Source: Phoronis australis (lineage: Eukaryota > Animalia > Phoronida). From it: a stretch of 64,000 nt of DNA. Location: NCBI GenBank assembly GCA_002633005.1, contig NMRA01000045.1, forward strand, positions 499,627 through 563,626. The letters are read 5' to 3'. The notes under the pieces were generated by a model. It was given only the letters and a program-made list of their open reading frames with translations. It was not told where the DNA came from and ran no database searches. The position numbers were made by a program, and so were the translations under genes. Positions 14,301 through 26,300 of this stretch are shown here, in pieces (the stretch's first letter is position 1; each line of letters starts with the position of its first letter).

Positions 14301-17300
14301 AAGTTATCAGTAAAACGGCAAAATTCAGCAGAAAAACTATAAAGGCAATTCCCGCAACATTTTTATGTTATTTACCATTTGGAAACTGCATTAACAGAAT
14401 ACGCTAACCTACAAAACAGAAAAAATATATAATTTTACGTTTTCTAAAATGGAGTTCTCTAGATTTAGAAAATGGAAAACCACGGTCTCTAGTGTTTGCA
14501 CCAACAATATTATATTCTTATCCTTTGCTTAAACTGAAATTGGTTCTAACAAAATGCCAGAAATTCCTTTAATGGTCAATGTTTTAGATTGACTTCATAA
14601 TGGTAAACGGCCTACAAAACTGGCTTTTTTACAGAAGGCGCGGTTTTATTACCACTTAAAAGCGAAAATTTTAGCTTCCCTCTATAAAGCCTGAACATGA
14701 AAAACACGAAACGGGTTGATCAATTTTTACAGTGTTTTAAAAATTCCCTTGACATGAAAGGAATTCGTTTCAACCATCGAAAGGGATCTCTTATCTAAAA
14801 AGATATCCTTGAAGCGATGCAATTTCTGGCTTGACTAACCATGCAGAATTCGTGTCTGACTAGTACTCTTGCTAAAGCCCAGAAATAATCAGTTGCTTGC
14901 ACTGTCTTCCTCATTTACTGTCACAATTACTCACAAGACCAAAAGTGCAACGAAAGGAAGAGGTTGAAATGTATTTCAATGCCAAATGTTTTCTCTCGGA
15001 TTACAGCAGTTGATATTGACAAAGCAAGTAAGTGGCGCAGAAGAAAATACACCGAAACTGCAAATCCGTTGTCCATGATCTATGACGTAGTTGAGTAACC
15101 AGGTTTACATAGTACGATACTGAGCAAGACAAAAATATCCCTCTAAGTAATCAAAAGCAGTTAAAAATCATGTTCTGGTGTCAAAAACAACTTTCTTCAC
15201 ACACACATTTGTTCTTGCAAAGCACGTCAATGAATTCTTGTTCCAGTTGCTTCATACGGATCGACAACAATAAAATGCCTGGAAATTCCCCCGATGACCT
15301 TACTGCACCCATCGTGACGAACAACTAAATAAGACTGGACTGGAACAATAACAAACTGTCAACTCTTTTGAAGCCTAAAAATCATGTCTCCTCGAAGGCC
15401 ATCCAACCCCAAATCATGTCTCATCAAAGGCCATCCAACCCCAATCATATTGACTACTAATTAGTAATATGATTTCTGGGTAAATAAATGTATTAAGCGA
15501 AAAAAAGTAATCTTGTGTAAAGCACAGTCAAGACAAGACCAGTTGTGTAACGGTATGTGGCCTGAATCAAATGTGGGTTTTTGAAAGAACTCGCAGGTTT
15601 ATTGCCCCTTTAAATACATACTGAAAGTTACTGAATACCTCCCTACCCACCTATCCAGACGTTCATCTTGCTCTCCGGCCTGTGACCGTCCTGCCTTCAT
15701 CATGTCGTAGTAGGCCAAAGCCTCTTTCTCGTCCACAGTTTCGTACTGTTCTGAAGCGCGATTAGCGCGTTTCCTCGAACGACCACCAGAGGGAGCAGGA
15801 GCCTCATCTTCACTGGAGCTTTCACTTGATTCGCTGACAAGCTCAGATAGTTTCTTTTTCTTCGCAACCGTAGATGAGGCAGCCCTGTGCCTGTTAGACA
15901 TTAAATAAATGTAAAACTGTTAATACCATCTTTGCGTAACCAAGTTCAAGGTCTTCCCAAACACAAATTTTTCAAAATTTTGACAAAAATTTCCACATCA
16001 GTTGACTAACATAATTTTTCGTGGGTGTCCAGCACATTTTTGTCACAATCAACACGGGTACCCCACTTAATGGCAACTGGTTAAACCAAAAAGAAAGTAA
16101 CTTTAACACTCACCATAAGAACACAGAGACTCAATAACTTCAGACACAGCATGAAAATATCTAGTGGGTTGCAAAAACAAAACAAGAACTTCAAGAATGA
16201 ACAAAATGTCCACAAAACATGCCATTCACTGAATAGTCTCTAGTGATAAGCAATATTGCCATCACTGAAGTCAACTTGTTTGCAATTTTCAAAAAGGCGA
16301 GATGGTTAGGAACCTGAACGTATAGCAAAACAAAAATAGCACCGTTTCAAAATTTTCTTTTTCTCTGGTTTCTGTTTTGTCACCATCTTGATTTCCTCTC
16401 CATTTTCAATTTTCTGCAGTAACTCTTGCACATAAGGTTCCATTTCCTCCTTCACAGGCTCCAACTGCTTCATCAACTGCAATACCAAGAAAGTAACTGC
16501 TAAACAGGTTAAAGTGTGTGCAGTTTTTTAAAAGTTGCAAGTTCCCTCGAAATCCCACATCATTGAAGTTTTGGCAAAAAACAGAAAGGAAACAAAAAAT
16601 TACGCCATGCGAATTCGGAATTAGTCAGAATTATTTGCTCATAAATGTCCCAAATGCTGACGAGAAGATGACGTCAACTTTTTTCAGAACAGCTCTAGCT
16701 GAGTTAGTCAAGATTAAATCAAGTCCTGAACACTGATGAAAGAAATCAGGAACATTTGCACTGAAAGATTCAGATCAAGTATGGGTCACTTTCCACATGT
16801 TTCCAAGATACAATTCCCACTTCCCAAAAGTAGTGTAGTCATTTCTGCTAATGAAAGTAGCTATGGAATAAACCATGGTTGATACAAAGTAGCCAGCATG
16901 CCTATCTATCTCTAAGTGTATTAAAATTCTGAACAACACATCTCACTAATCCAACAGGAGCACTTTAACTAACCACCTAGAGGTCACTATCATATTCATT
17001 AATTGCCCAAACAGCATGAATGGATAATAGCCCATTCTAATAGATGATAATAGTGTGTTAGTTGTACAGTGCCCCAAGGGCCTATGATTGCATAAAGGAC
17101 ATTTTACTCAGCCTACTGGCGGTTACTCACATTTCTGTACTGCACTAGTCTGCTGACCACAGGGTGGTTGTGCACCGGGATGCGTTTAGCCTTTAACATC
17201 AAGTAGAAGCTAATGTTGACGCAGTAACTGAAATTTAAAACATCGGATTTAATTCAAGAACTTTGCAAAACAAAGAAATCATGTAATATTTAATAAACAA

Positions 17301-20300
17301 GGCCACGAGCCCAAAGTACGAAGTTACAAACAGCCAAGTTAGTGTCCCATTACACTATGTCGCTCGCCTCTCCTTCGTTAAATACATAAACTTCATGTAG
17401 TGGATTCGTGTGCATCAATCATAAGATTCTCAAAACAAGCTTATGAATTTGTGTCAAGTAGGATGATTCCAAATAACGAAGTTTCGATGTAAAAAAAAAC
17501 AAAAAGCAATACAAAAGGGACTTCCAATGAGAGAAAACTGAAAATTATAAAAAACAACTTGTGAACAACTGTTGAGCACTATCTATAAATAGAAAGAATA
17601 AGTTATGTTGATGTCGAAATTATAAGTAAAACCTACTGAGTCATTGGTTCATCAGTTGGGATACTCTTAATATGGACGACAATTAGTGATGGAAATGACT
17701 GTGTATACACGAGCATTGGAAAGTTATTCAGTCAATAATGTTAAGTAGAGCAATAAATTCCAATTTAATATTGAGTGGTTGTACATCAATATTAGCAAGC
17801 AGGCCTGTGCTGCACAACAGACCATGCAATTAGAGAAACAAACCGATAATAGCAACTAAATTGACATAACAAGTAGGACCTGATGAATTTCAGACATTGG
17901 AAATGAGAGGCTCTTCGAGACAGTGCCAGTCTGAATAAAAACAACTGCTGAAGAACATTGTGCGATACTAAAAGATAACCATGAACATTGAGCGATACTA
18001 GAAGACCTGGCAATCTTACTTGAGGTATAATTTGATTTGCGTTTTTATGAACTCCGTTCCTCTGCTAGCTGGCATCACTCCAGACTGGATCAGATTAAGA
18101 ATGGGCCCATACTTTGTCTTCACATCAGTCAGCTGAAGAGGAAAGTATACATTTGAGGTTAGCAAATGAAATGCCAAACCAATCTTGAGTAACAATAAAG
18201 CTTGCATTTTTCATGGCCAGTTTGTTCCACTTACACAAGCGACACGGACACTTGAAATGTTCTTTCACTAAGGAGAAATACTCCTGTCCACTAATGAAAT
18301 GCTAGCTAAACAAAACATTTATTAGGAGAGATAAATGACCCTAATGACCCCAAGTTTGTGATGTATGTTCAGGAAGACTGTTGTAGAAAAATGGAACATA
18401 CAAAAAACTTGTATACAACTGTAGTTTTTCCAGGAAAAAGAGAGAATTTTATTATCTTCATGAGTTAAAAGTAACATAGTTGTATATGAAGTCATGTTGA
18501 TATGTTATTGTAGCACAATAAAATTTAAAAAATAACCAAATTTGGAAAAATCTCATCAATTTTGTACAAAAGTGATTGCATTTCCTCTTTTTTAATTTTT
18601 TTTTACTTTGCATTGAACACTCACGATTTTGAAAAATATTAAGTCTCATGTTAATTCTGGTACAGAATTTGAAAATGATAAGGCATCACTTTGATGTCAT
18701 TTATCGTTTACGAGAAAATGGGAAAATAAAATATGAATTGTGGGACACAGTGTGTTCTGCATTTGTGAGATTTTAATGTATATGCAATCAAACCATGTAA
18801 CACCAAGCATGGTTCATAATGTGCAGCGGCTTACAACATTCCATTCCATTGTTCTGTGTAAAAGTTTAATTTGTTTAGCGAGCTTAAATTAGAACAAACA
18901 TTTTAGATAATTGCTGAGAGTTTGTTATATTGTGATTTAACAGTAAATAAGATCTAATACCTTGGTCTTGTAATCTTCAATCAAATCAAGCAATTCTGGG
19001 GACTCTTTCTTCAACAGCTGAAAAGTGACCATTCAAAGATTTACACATTTTGTGCCGTGGATCACAACTGGTTTAAAGGCTACAGACTAATGTTTAAAGT
19101 ACCTTTTTCAAGAACAGGCCAGGGTTTATCTTAGACATTTTAAATGAGTTTCCATGGTTTTTATTAACTATACACAAGGCTAACTTCACCTAGCTAACAA
19201 AATTAAGAGTCTGAGATGATCACACTTTCACCTAAAATATGTTACCTAATCAACATAATTTGTCCATTTTTGGCAAAAAAACAATTCACTGGCCATCAGA
19301 CATTGGATAGAATATACAGTACATTCACCATGTAATAGAGTTTAGTGGCTCCGACAAAGGTGGCGCTGTTTTTCCAGTGATTGAGGAAATTAAAATGAGA
19401 ACACAACACCTACAATGAGTTTTTCCTTTTTGGAGAGTTTTGACAAATCCTTTGTAACCACTTCTTTCGAAACAACCGTGTCTTCTTCAGCTTGTTTCTT
19501 GGCAGTCTGAAATGAGAGCAAATGAGATTAATGAGAGCATTGCAAAACGTTGAGATGACTGAACAGCAAATAATATGCTTCTAGGTATATTCTTTAATAC
19601 CAAGTATTACTGATAGAATAGTTTGACCACGATAGCAAACTTGAAAATCAAGTCATGCATCTCTCTATCAATTTAGGTAAATAAAAAATCTGCCAAGACA
19701 TTTTGATATCAACGCACAAACAACATCTTGATATCAAAACAACTAAAATGGCTGATATTTATCAAGTCATTTCACCAAAAGTTGATGAAGGAATTTCTTA
19801 TTGAACACTAAAATAACTAACAGGGGTCGCCACGGTATTGGAAACCAAAAAATCCACAAGTGGTTGTTTATTCCCACCAGATACTTTTAAATCAAGTTTG
19901 CCAAAACTTGGAAAGTCATTACATCACAAACTGATGGACAACAGGGATGTCACCATAGCTAAATACCTACGAACATTGACTGGTGCTGGCACATCCTAGC
20001 CATGTAACTTTTTGGAAATTTTATCACAAAATGTCAAGTGGTTTTCGATATAATCAACGGACAAGCACAGGCAAAGACGGATGACAAACCGAAGACAGTG
20101 AGATGCAGACAACGTGGGACCACAGAAATTTTTACAGGTGCATAAAGATCAGCTCAGCAGCACCAAAGGCAAAGATGACACATCACTGTCCTCAACTTTT
20201 GAATGTTAGATAATGACACAGTTTTAATGAATGAATGAATCAATCAATCAATGCATCAATAACTTTCAATCTTTCCTCAACTGAATATGCCAAACCCTAG

Positions 20301-23300
20301 AAACTTCTTCACTATAATCTCTGACAAGTTTTACTATGAAACACAAAACTTGTCATAGGATGTTACTTGCTTCTGGAATGCATAAGTGAACTAAACTATT
20401 CATGAAAACTAGTGTCGTGACTGGAATACTTTTAACGTCCTGTGTAACCTTTCCCAATCTACAATCACACTGAGAGAATCCTCCAACTACTTGGTTACAC
20501 AAAGAGACAATACATGCCAATACTAAGCGGCAAAAATACCACTTTCCATGCCAGTGCCTCAAAATTATACTAATAGGCACCATCAAAGAACAAAAATGAC
20601 TTACCTGAAATATCTCCATGCCAAAATCGTCTTCATCTAACTGTTCTGCCATCTTCTTTTGCATCGCAATCACTTCCTGTTCTTCAAGTTCAGCAGCGCC
20701 ACCTGTGTCGGAGCCACTAAACTCTATAACAGAAAGGTGGGATCACAAACAAGCCAAGCTTTGGTGCAGAAGGTGAGAAAGGGTTCTTAATTGCAAAACT
20801 CTCAACTTTGAGCAATTTTAAAAGCCACCCTTGCAACAGGGTAATCAATGCTCTGTGGCACTGATTCACTTTGAGAAGGCACTGGATCACTGCTCTCGTA
20901 ACAGACCAGTTAAGTAATGTGCCGACTTTAATTTTTGACTTTGTGACATGTAACACACACATTGCTTTTCTGGATAGACTAACTTTCAGATAAAAATGGA
21001 ACATGAACAAAAAACAAAACCTCCAGTCAAAAAACAAAACTGAAACAAAAAGTTGCGACTTGTTTCAGCCTTGCTGTAGAACTATGATCAAACAAAAACT
21101 TCTAACAATTACTAAATCTGCAAGAGCAAAAATACACACCCACGTCACGCTCATCTTCCACATCTGCTCCATAAAATTTGGATTTCTTCTTTCCCCACGC
21201 CTTATCGTCGGGTAAGCCTACAGAACACAACACGCACTGGTGAGAGACGATATATTATTTAAAAATCATGAACGCCTAAAACAACATTTCTTAATAAAAC
21301 AAAATTGCGAAAAAAAAAATAGTGGGAAAAAGGAATGCTCAAAAAATTTTGTACGACATGAGCAAATACTGAACAGTTGTTGCTATCAACAAGCATATGT
21401 GTACTGTTAAACCTTTCCAAAGGTTACTGGGCTCAGAATAAGCAAACATATATGGAACAATTTTGGTCCCCATTCTGAAACTCTTTTGGAATACAAATGC
21501 TGTTCAGAACAAGAGAGATACCTCAAAAGATGCCAAAAAAGGTAGGGAAAGGCTACCAGGAAACTGACGTTTTTTATTACACTAAGCCACCACCTGCTTA
21601 CTCCTAGTGGCAAGGAATGAAGTTACCAGCAAAACACAAGCACCTACCGTCATCATCATCGTCCAGATCACTGGCCATTTCATCCCTAACTTGATCCGTT
21701 TCGTATCGCTTTAGTTTGTTATCATACTCATCAAGGTCAGAGTCGGAGTCATCAAAGCCCAAAACTTCATCCTGGGTAAAAATTATGTGAAAAATATTTC
21801 AGCTGACTGGTGAAATTAAATTCCCTCTTAACGTATTCGAGTGAACAACTACTTTAGGAAGAAAACCTTACTCTCTGCCCAGAAAGCCAAATTAATAACC
21901 AGGTTATTCAATTACAGAAATAAGCCTCATTGACATACCTCACTATACCATTACGCAGCAAAAAACACTCTCAAACGGTTCAGAAAGGAACTATATTACA
22001 TTGATAAAATACAAAAGAATTGTCAAAAAACATTAATTTTGATAGAGTTTGCCAACAAAAGAGTGTCAAAATGCAGTTAAATTTGACAGAACTGGCCAAC
22101 CCTTCCACAGCCGGACAGCTTCTTAATAGGCACAACTCCTATTGATGGTAAAATCAACTGCCATCGAGACTTCACAGATTCTCGAGACCTGTTCATGTTA
22201 ATCATCCCATGTTGCATGAGATTCCAGACTGCCTGATACGTTAACAGTGCAAAACTTCTGGACAAAAATAATTGCCTTTTCTCAAGTTTCAAAGAGTTCT
22301 AAGAAATTCCAAATTGTTGCAAAACGCCACAAAATAGTGCCTCACGCAACTCACAATACTTATACAGCTTGAAAATGACACAGCATTCATTTGCCATTTA
22401 TATTTTACGCAAGATTCAGGAAATAAATTTCACTTGTCAATATTGTACTAAATAGGAGAGATTTTATTGTGGCTTTTGTTATTTATTGGATGGTCATGGT
22501 GTCATATCTTGAGTAAAATCTGATTTTTTGGTGTTCTGAGAAGTGACTATGTTTTTAAATAACACCAGTCTAAGGCCATATTCTAATCAGAAATCAAAGA
22601 TCAAGCACTATCATAAAAAACTCCACAATGTTTTGCTTTGTATCTGAAAGCAACATCAGAAGGCAAAACAGATGTATATGCTTTATGGTATAGTTCACTA
22701 GTGTGAGCCCAGCATTTTTTGTGAAATTTCCAAAAAATCTTGAGCAAGTTTTCCTGTCCTTTCATTGACATGGGGAATCCAAATTCAAGACCTGTGCATG
22801 CCATACTCTACTCAGACCTTGTGTTTTGTTCACCTAGTTATGACATCAGTCATCGACGACATCCAAAACCAATAGATGTAGTACTTTTCTTTTACATTGC
22901 TTTCTTCAATTTAAAAGAAAACATGGCTGCAAGAGTGAAATTTTACTACTTTATGTCAAATTAAAGAATAAAAATAATAAGCAAATTGTGCTCCACTGGC
23001 AGAATGTGCATTTGTCATAAAACATGTCGTGCATTTTTAGCAATACAGGAAGCCTTTGAGAAATGGAAAATTGACAAATACATTGATGTAGATTATGCGT
23101 CAACAAGTAGTTGCACAGCAGTGGTTAACGAAACGTTGCTGACTATGTCCAACATAGATTCATAATTTTACCCATAAAAAATGAGAATGTTTACCAAAAC
23201 CTCAGGTTACCTGCTCGTCAGAACTGAATCCTGCTGGTTCCAGAGAGGCTCCCTCTCCCAACAGAATCTTTTCTTTGTTTGTGTGAAACTCATCTACTTC

Positions 23301-26300
23301 ATCGTGAATAAAATCTTTGGCTTGTCTGTCAGGGACTTTTTCCTTAGAGTATGCCCGCTCATCATCAGAGTCATAGTTAACGACAACTTGCTGAGACTTT
23401 TTCCTGGAATGCAATTAATAACTTCGGCAATCAGCAAGCTCCCATAATTTTGACTGTTTAGTTCTTCACTTTTGTAACCTTAATTTTGCACCCGAAAGAA
23501 GCTTTGATTTTGTGTTAAGTCACCTTGATCTTGCGGTGACACCTCGTGGCTAAAACAGGAAAGGTGTTCTGCTCATTACTATGGCTGAAAAGCAAGTCTT
23601 TGGTAATACCCATTACGTGTACTCACTTGTCCAATTCCAAGACAGTGTTTACTGTTGAAAAATAGTTTATTTCAGACCTTATTAATACACATTACATGAA
23701 AACTTCCTTGAGTTTAGAATTTGGAAAATACTGTTGTTAATGGCATTGCTAAATAGCTTATCAAAACAACAGAAACGCCAACTGCAAAACGTATATTTGT
23801 AAATGTGTTAATTAACTAAACAAATGTCCTGTTAATGTATGAAATCATGGCATGTTTGACCTTCAACAGTAAAATTTTCAATGAGCAGTCCTTTGTTCAC
23901 TTGCCAAAATCTGGAACTGGCCGTTTTTACAACGAGCGCATTGTCGATTTTTGGGCAACCGAACGAAGGACTGCTCAAAGAAAAAGTTTGATAACGGAAG
24001 TATCTGTAGGAGTTGGAAGGAATTAAAGACATCGATGGGCTTGTAAGATGTCCTTCTATGCGTAAAAGGTACTTACAACAATGTGAGTTTGATGTTTTAA
24101 TCAGTGTGAGGCATAATTCGCCGAAAACCAGCAGGCGTATGAAGAGCCTATGGGAGCTGTTGTACGTGAACTTGGAATCCAGCTTAATCTCAAGATTAAG
24201 TGGAAGTGAGTGTTGCGTGAACTTGGCATACGCGAGGCAACTTGACAAGTTCAAATAATTACGTTCATGTTCATAAAAATTTGCACTGCACTAAATCAAG
24301 TTACTCTCGAGTTCCGAATAGTCGTATCTATACGATTATTTTTTTCAGACTCGTTTTCCGGTCTATACGGCGCTTATTCGGGTCTCTACGTTTATTAATT
24401 TTCTAACCTTTTTCCACTCTCCACGATTATTTAATTTAGCAAGTTCAAATTTTTGTTTCATTCAATACAAATTTGGTGCACAAAAACTTCGCTGCGGACA
24501 CCGGGTATCGTACCTTGGTCATAAAACAAGTTAATTTGCTCTAAACCTCTAGACCACCAGACACTCTGGTCAGAGCTCGTAATTTAGAGCTATATACCAC
24601 TCCGCGTTATACATGGAAGTCACATGTCATACATATTAAAAATTTTATTCCCTAAAATATACAACTGTGTGTTTCGAAGCATAAAATAATCGGACTCCCA
24701 AGCAAGGGTTTACGCAGCGACCGTCTGTTGGACCATAGATGAGTATCTATGGTTGGACGGCTAGAATGTTATTTTGGACGGGATCTGTGTCGGCAAAATT
24801 TAAAAAAGCTTGAAATGATGACCACTTTCTCAATATTAACGGCTGGTCGGCAGTCGCTCAAAGAAATAGGGGATCAGTAATTACAGAAATGAGAAATTTA
24901 ATACACAAAAAGTGCATTTTTCAATATTACGCGAGCCTCGTGACACAGATCGGTGTTACCGGCAGCTCAACATACGTATAAATAAAAACGCTTTCGACGA
25001 GTTTCTTTGGCTGATCCAATATTTGTGATTTCACCCTGTGAAAAACTGGCAAGCCGTTACACCTCTTCACTGTGTCTATCCCCAAAGTNATTCCGCGAGC
25101 CTCGTGACACAGATCGGTGTTACCGGCAGCTCAACATACGTATAAATAAAAACGCTTTCGACGAGGTCCTTTGGCTGATCCAATATTTGTGATTTCACCC
25201 TGTGAAAAACTGGCAAGCCATTACACCTCTTCACTGTGTCTGTCCCCAAAGTTTGCGTTTCCGGGGGGAGTAATTCCGGGATTTTGCACAGCCAGTGTCA
25301 TCTGCAGTTTCCGTATTGACATGCGCATTATACATACTCAATCATGTCGTCTGCCGCAAAAAGGCCTAAAGAATTCGAGGATTATTTTACAAAACGAGAG
25401 ATGTTCCATAAACTGACATTGATTTAAGTGCTAGTAGACGACAAATAATCCAGCTACAGATACGTAACGTGGTGATGACGCGGACAGTCAACCAAGCGCA
25501 AATACCCGTGCAATTAATGAACGGTGCCCAACCTTTCAATCAACTAAGTACCAACAAGTTGTTGACGTCATCGGACATCGGCATTTTTACAATTCACTCC
25601 AAACTTCAGAATAGATTGTTTTTGTGAACAGGAAAAATGGACTTGTGACAATCTTGAAAATGACATAGTTACTAACGTTCGACAATCCAGTCGATATCTA
25701 TTGAAATTGATTTCTACTTGCTCTCCCGTCCAAATAAATGGAAAAACGCACGGGAATCCGTTTGTTTATTATACCTAATTAGATATTCAAGATGGTTGAC
25801 GTAGTCGTGGTCGTGGACTCGAATGTTGGGCAATTCTGCGAGAAATCTCAATTTCGATCTGGCCATGTAAAATTTTGGATGTAGCCTACAGACTTTTTGA
25901 CGTCGAATTCTGACTAACATTACGAGGGTATTGACTGTGCAAGACATGAGATTGAGAGAAAACAAAGGCTCGAATGCCAGGAACATTTATGATAAAAATG
26001 GGACTCGTTTTACCAAGACACTTTATTGTCTTTATTCACACTGTCGGCTTCGTGGAAGACTGGACGTTCCTTCTGAAATCTTTACCTCCTTGTTAGTTTT
26101 TGGACTTAGTCAACATTGTCATCTCTAGTATGAATGTCACATTCTTTTTGAGTAAAATGATACCACTTACTGTTTGAAACAGGTCTATTTAGACTTCCAT
26201 TTAAAGTTATTGAATAAACGAATGGTCTTTGTTTTAGCAATGACGCTTTTATTCCACTTCACTGTACTATGTTATGGCATGGGTGGATAAACCACTGCAG

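Noticed and set aside
45-23447. Many short ORF-track entries antisense to, or reading through, EML and UTP3 exons
   Set aside because: They are shadows of the spliced genes or intron read-through, not independent genes.
24925-25252. Real 164-bp tandem duplication with twin MADPIFVISP ORFs
   Set aside because: The junction is exactly at an n and the paralogous element has one copy, so this is most likely an assembly overlap.
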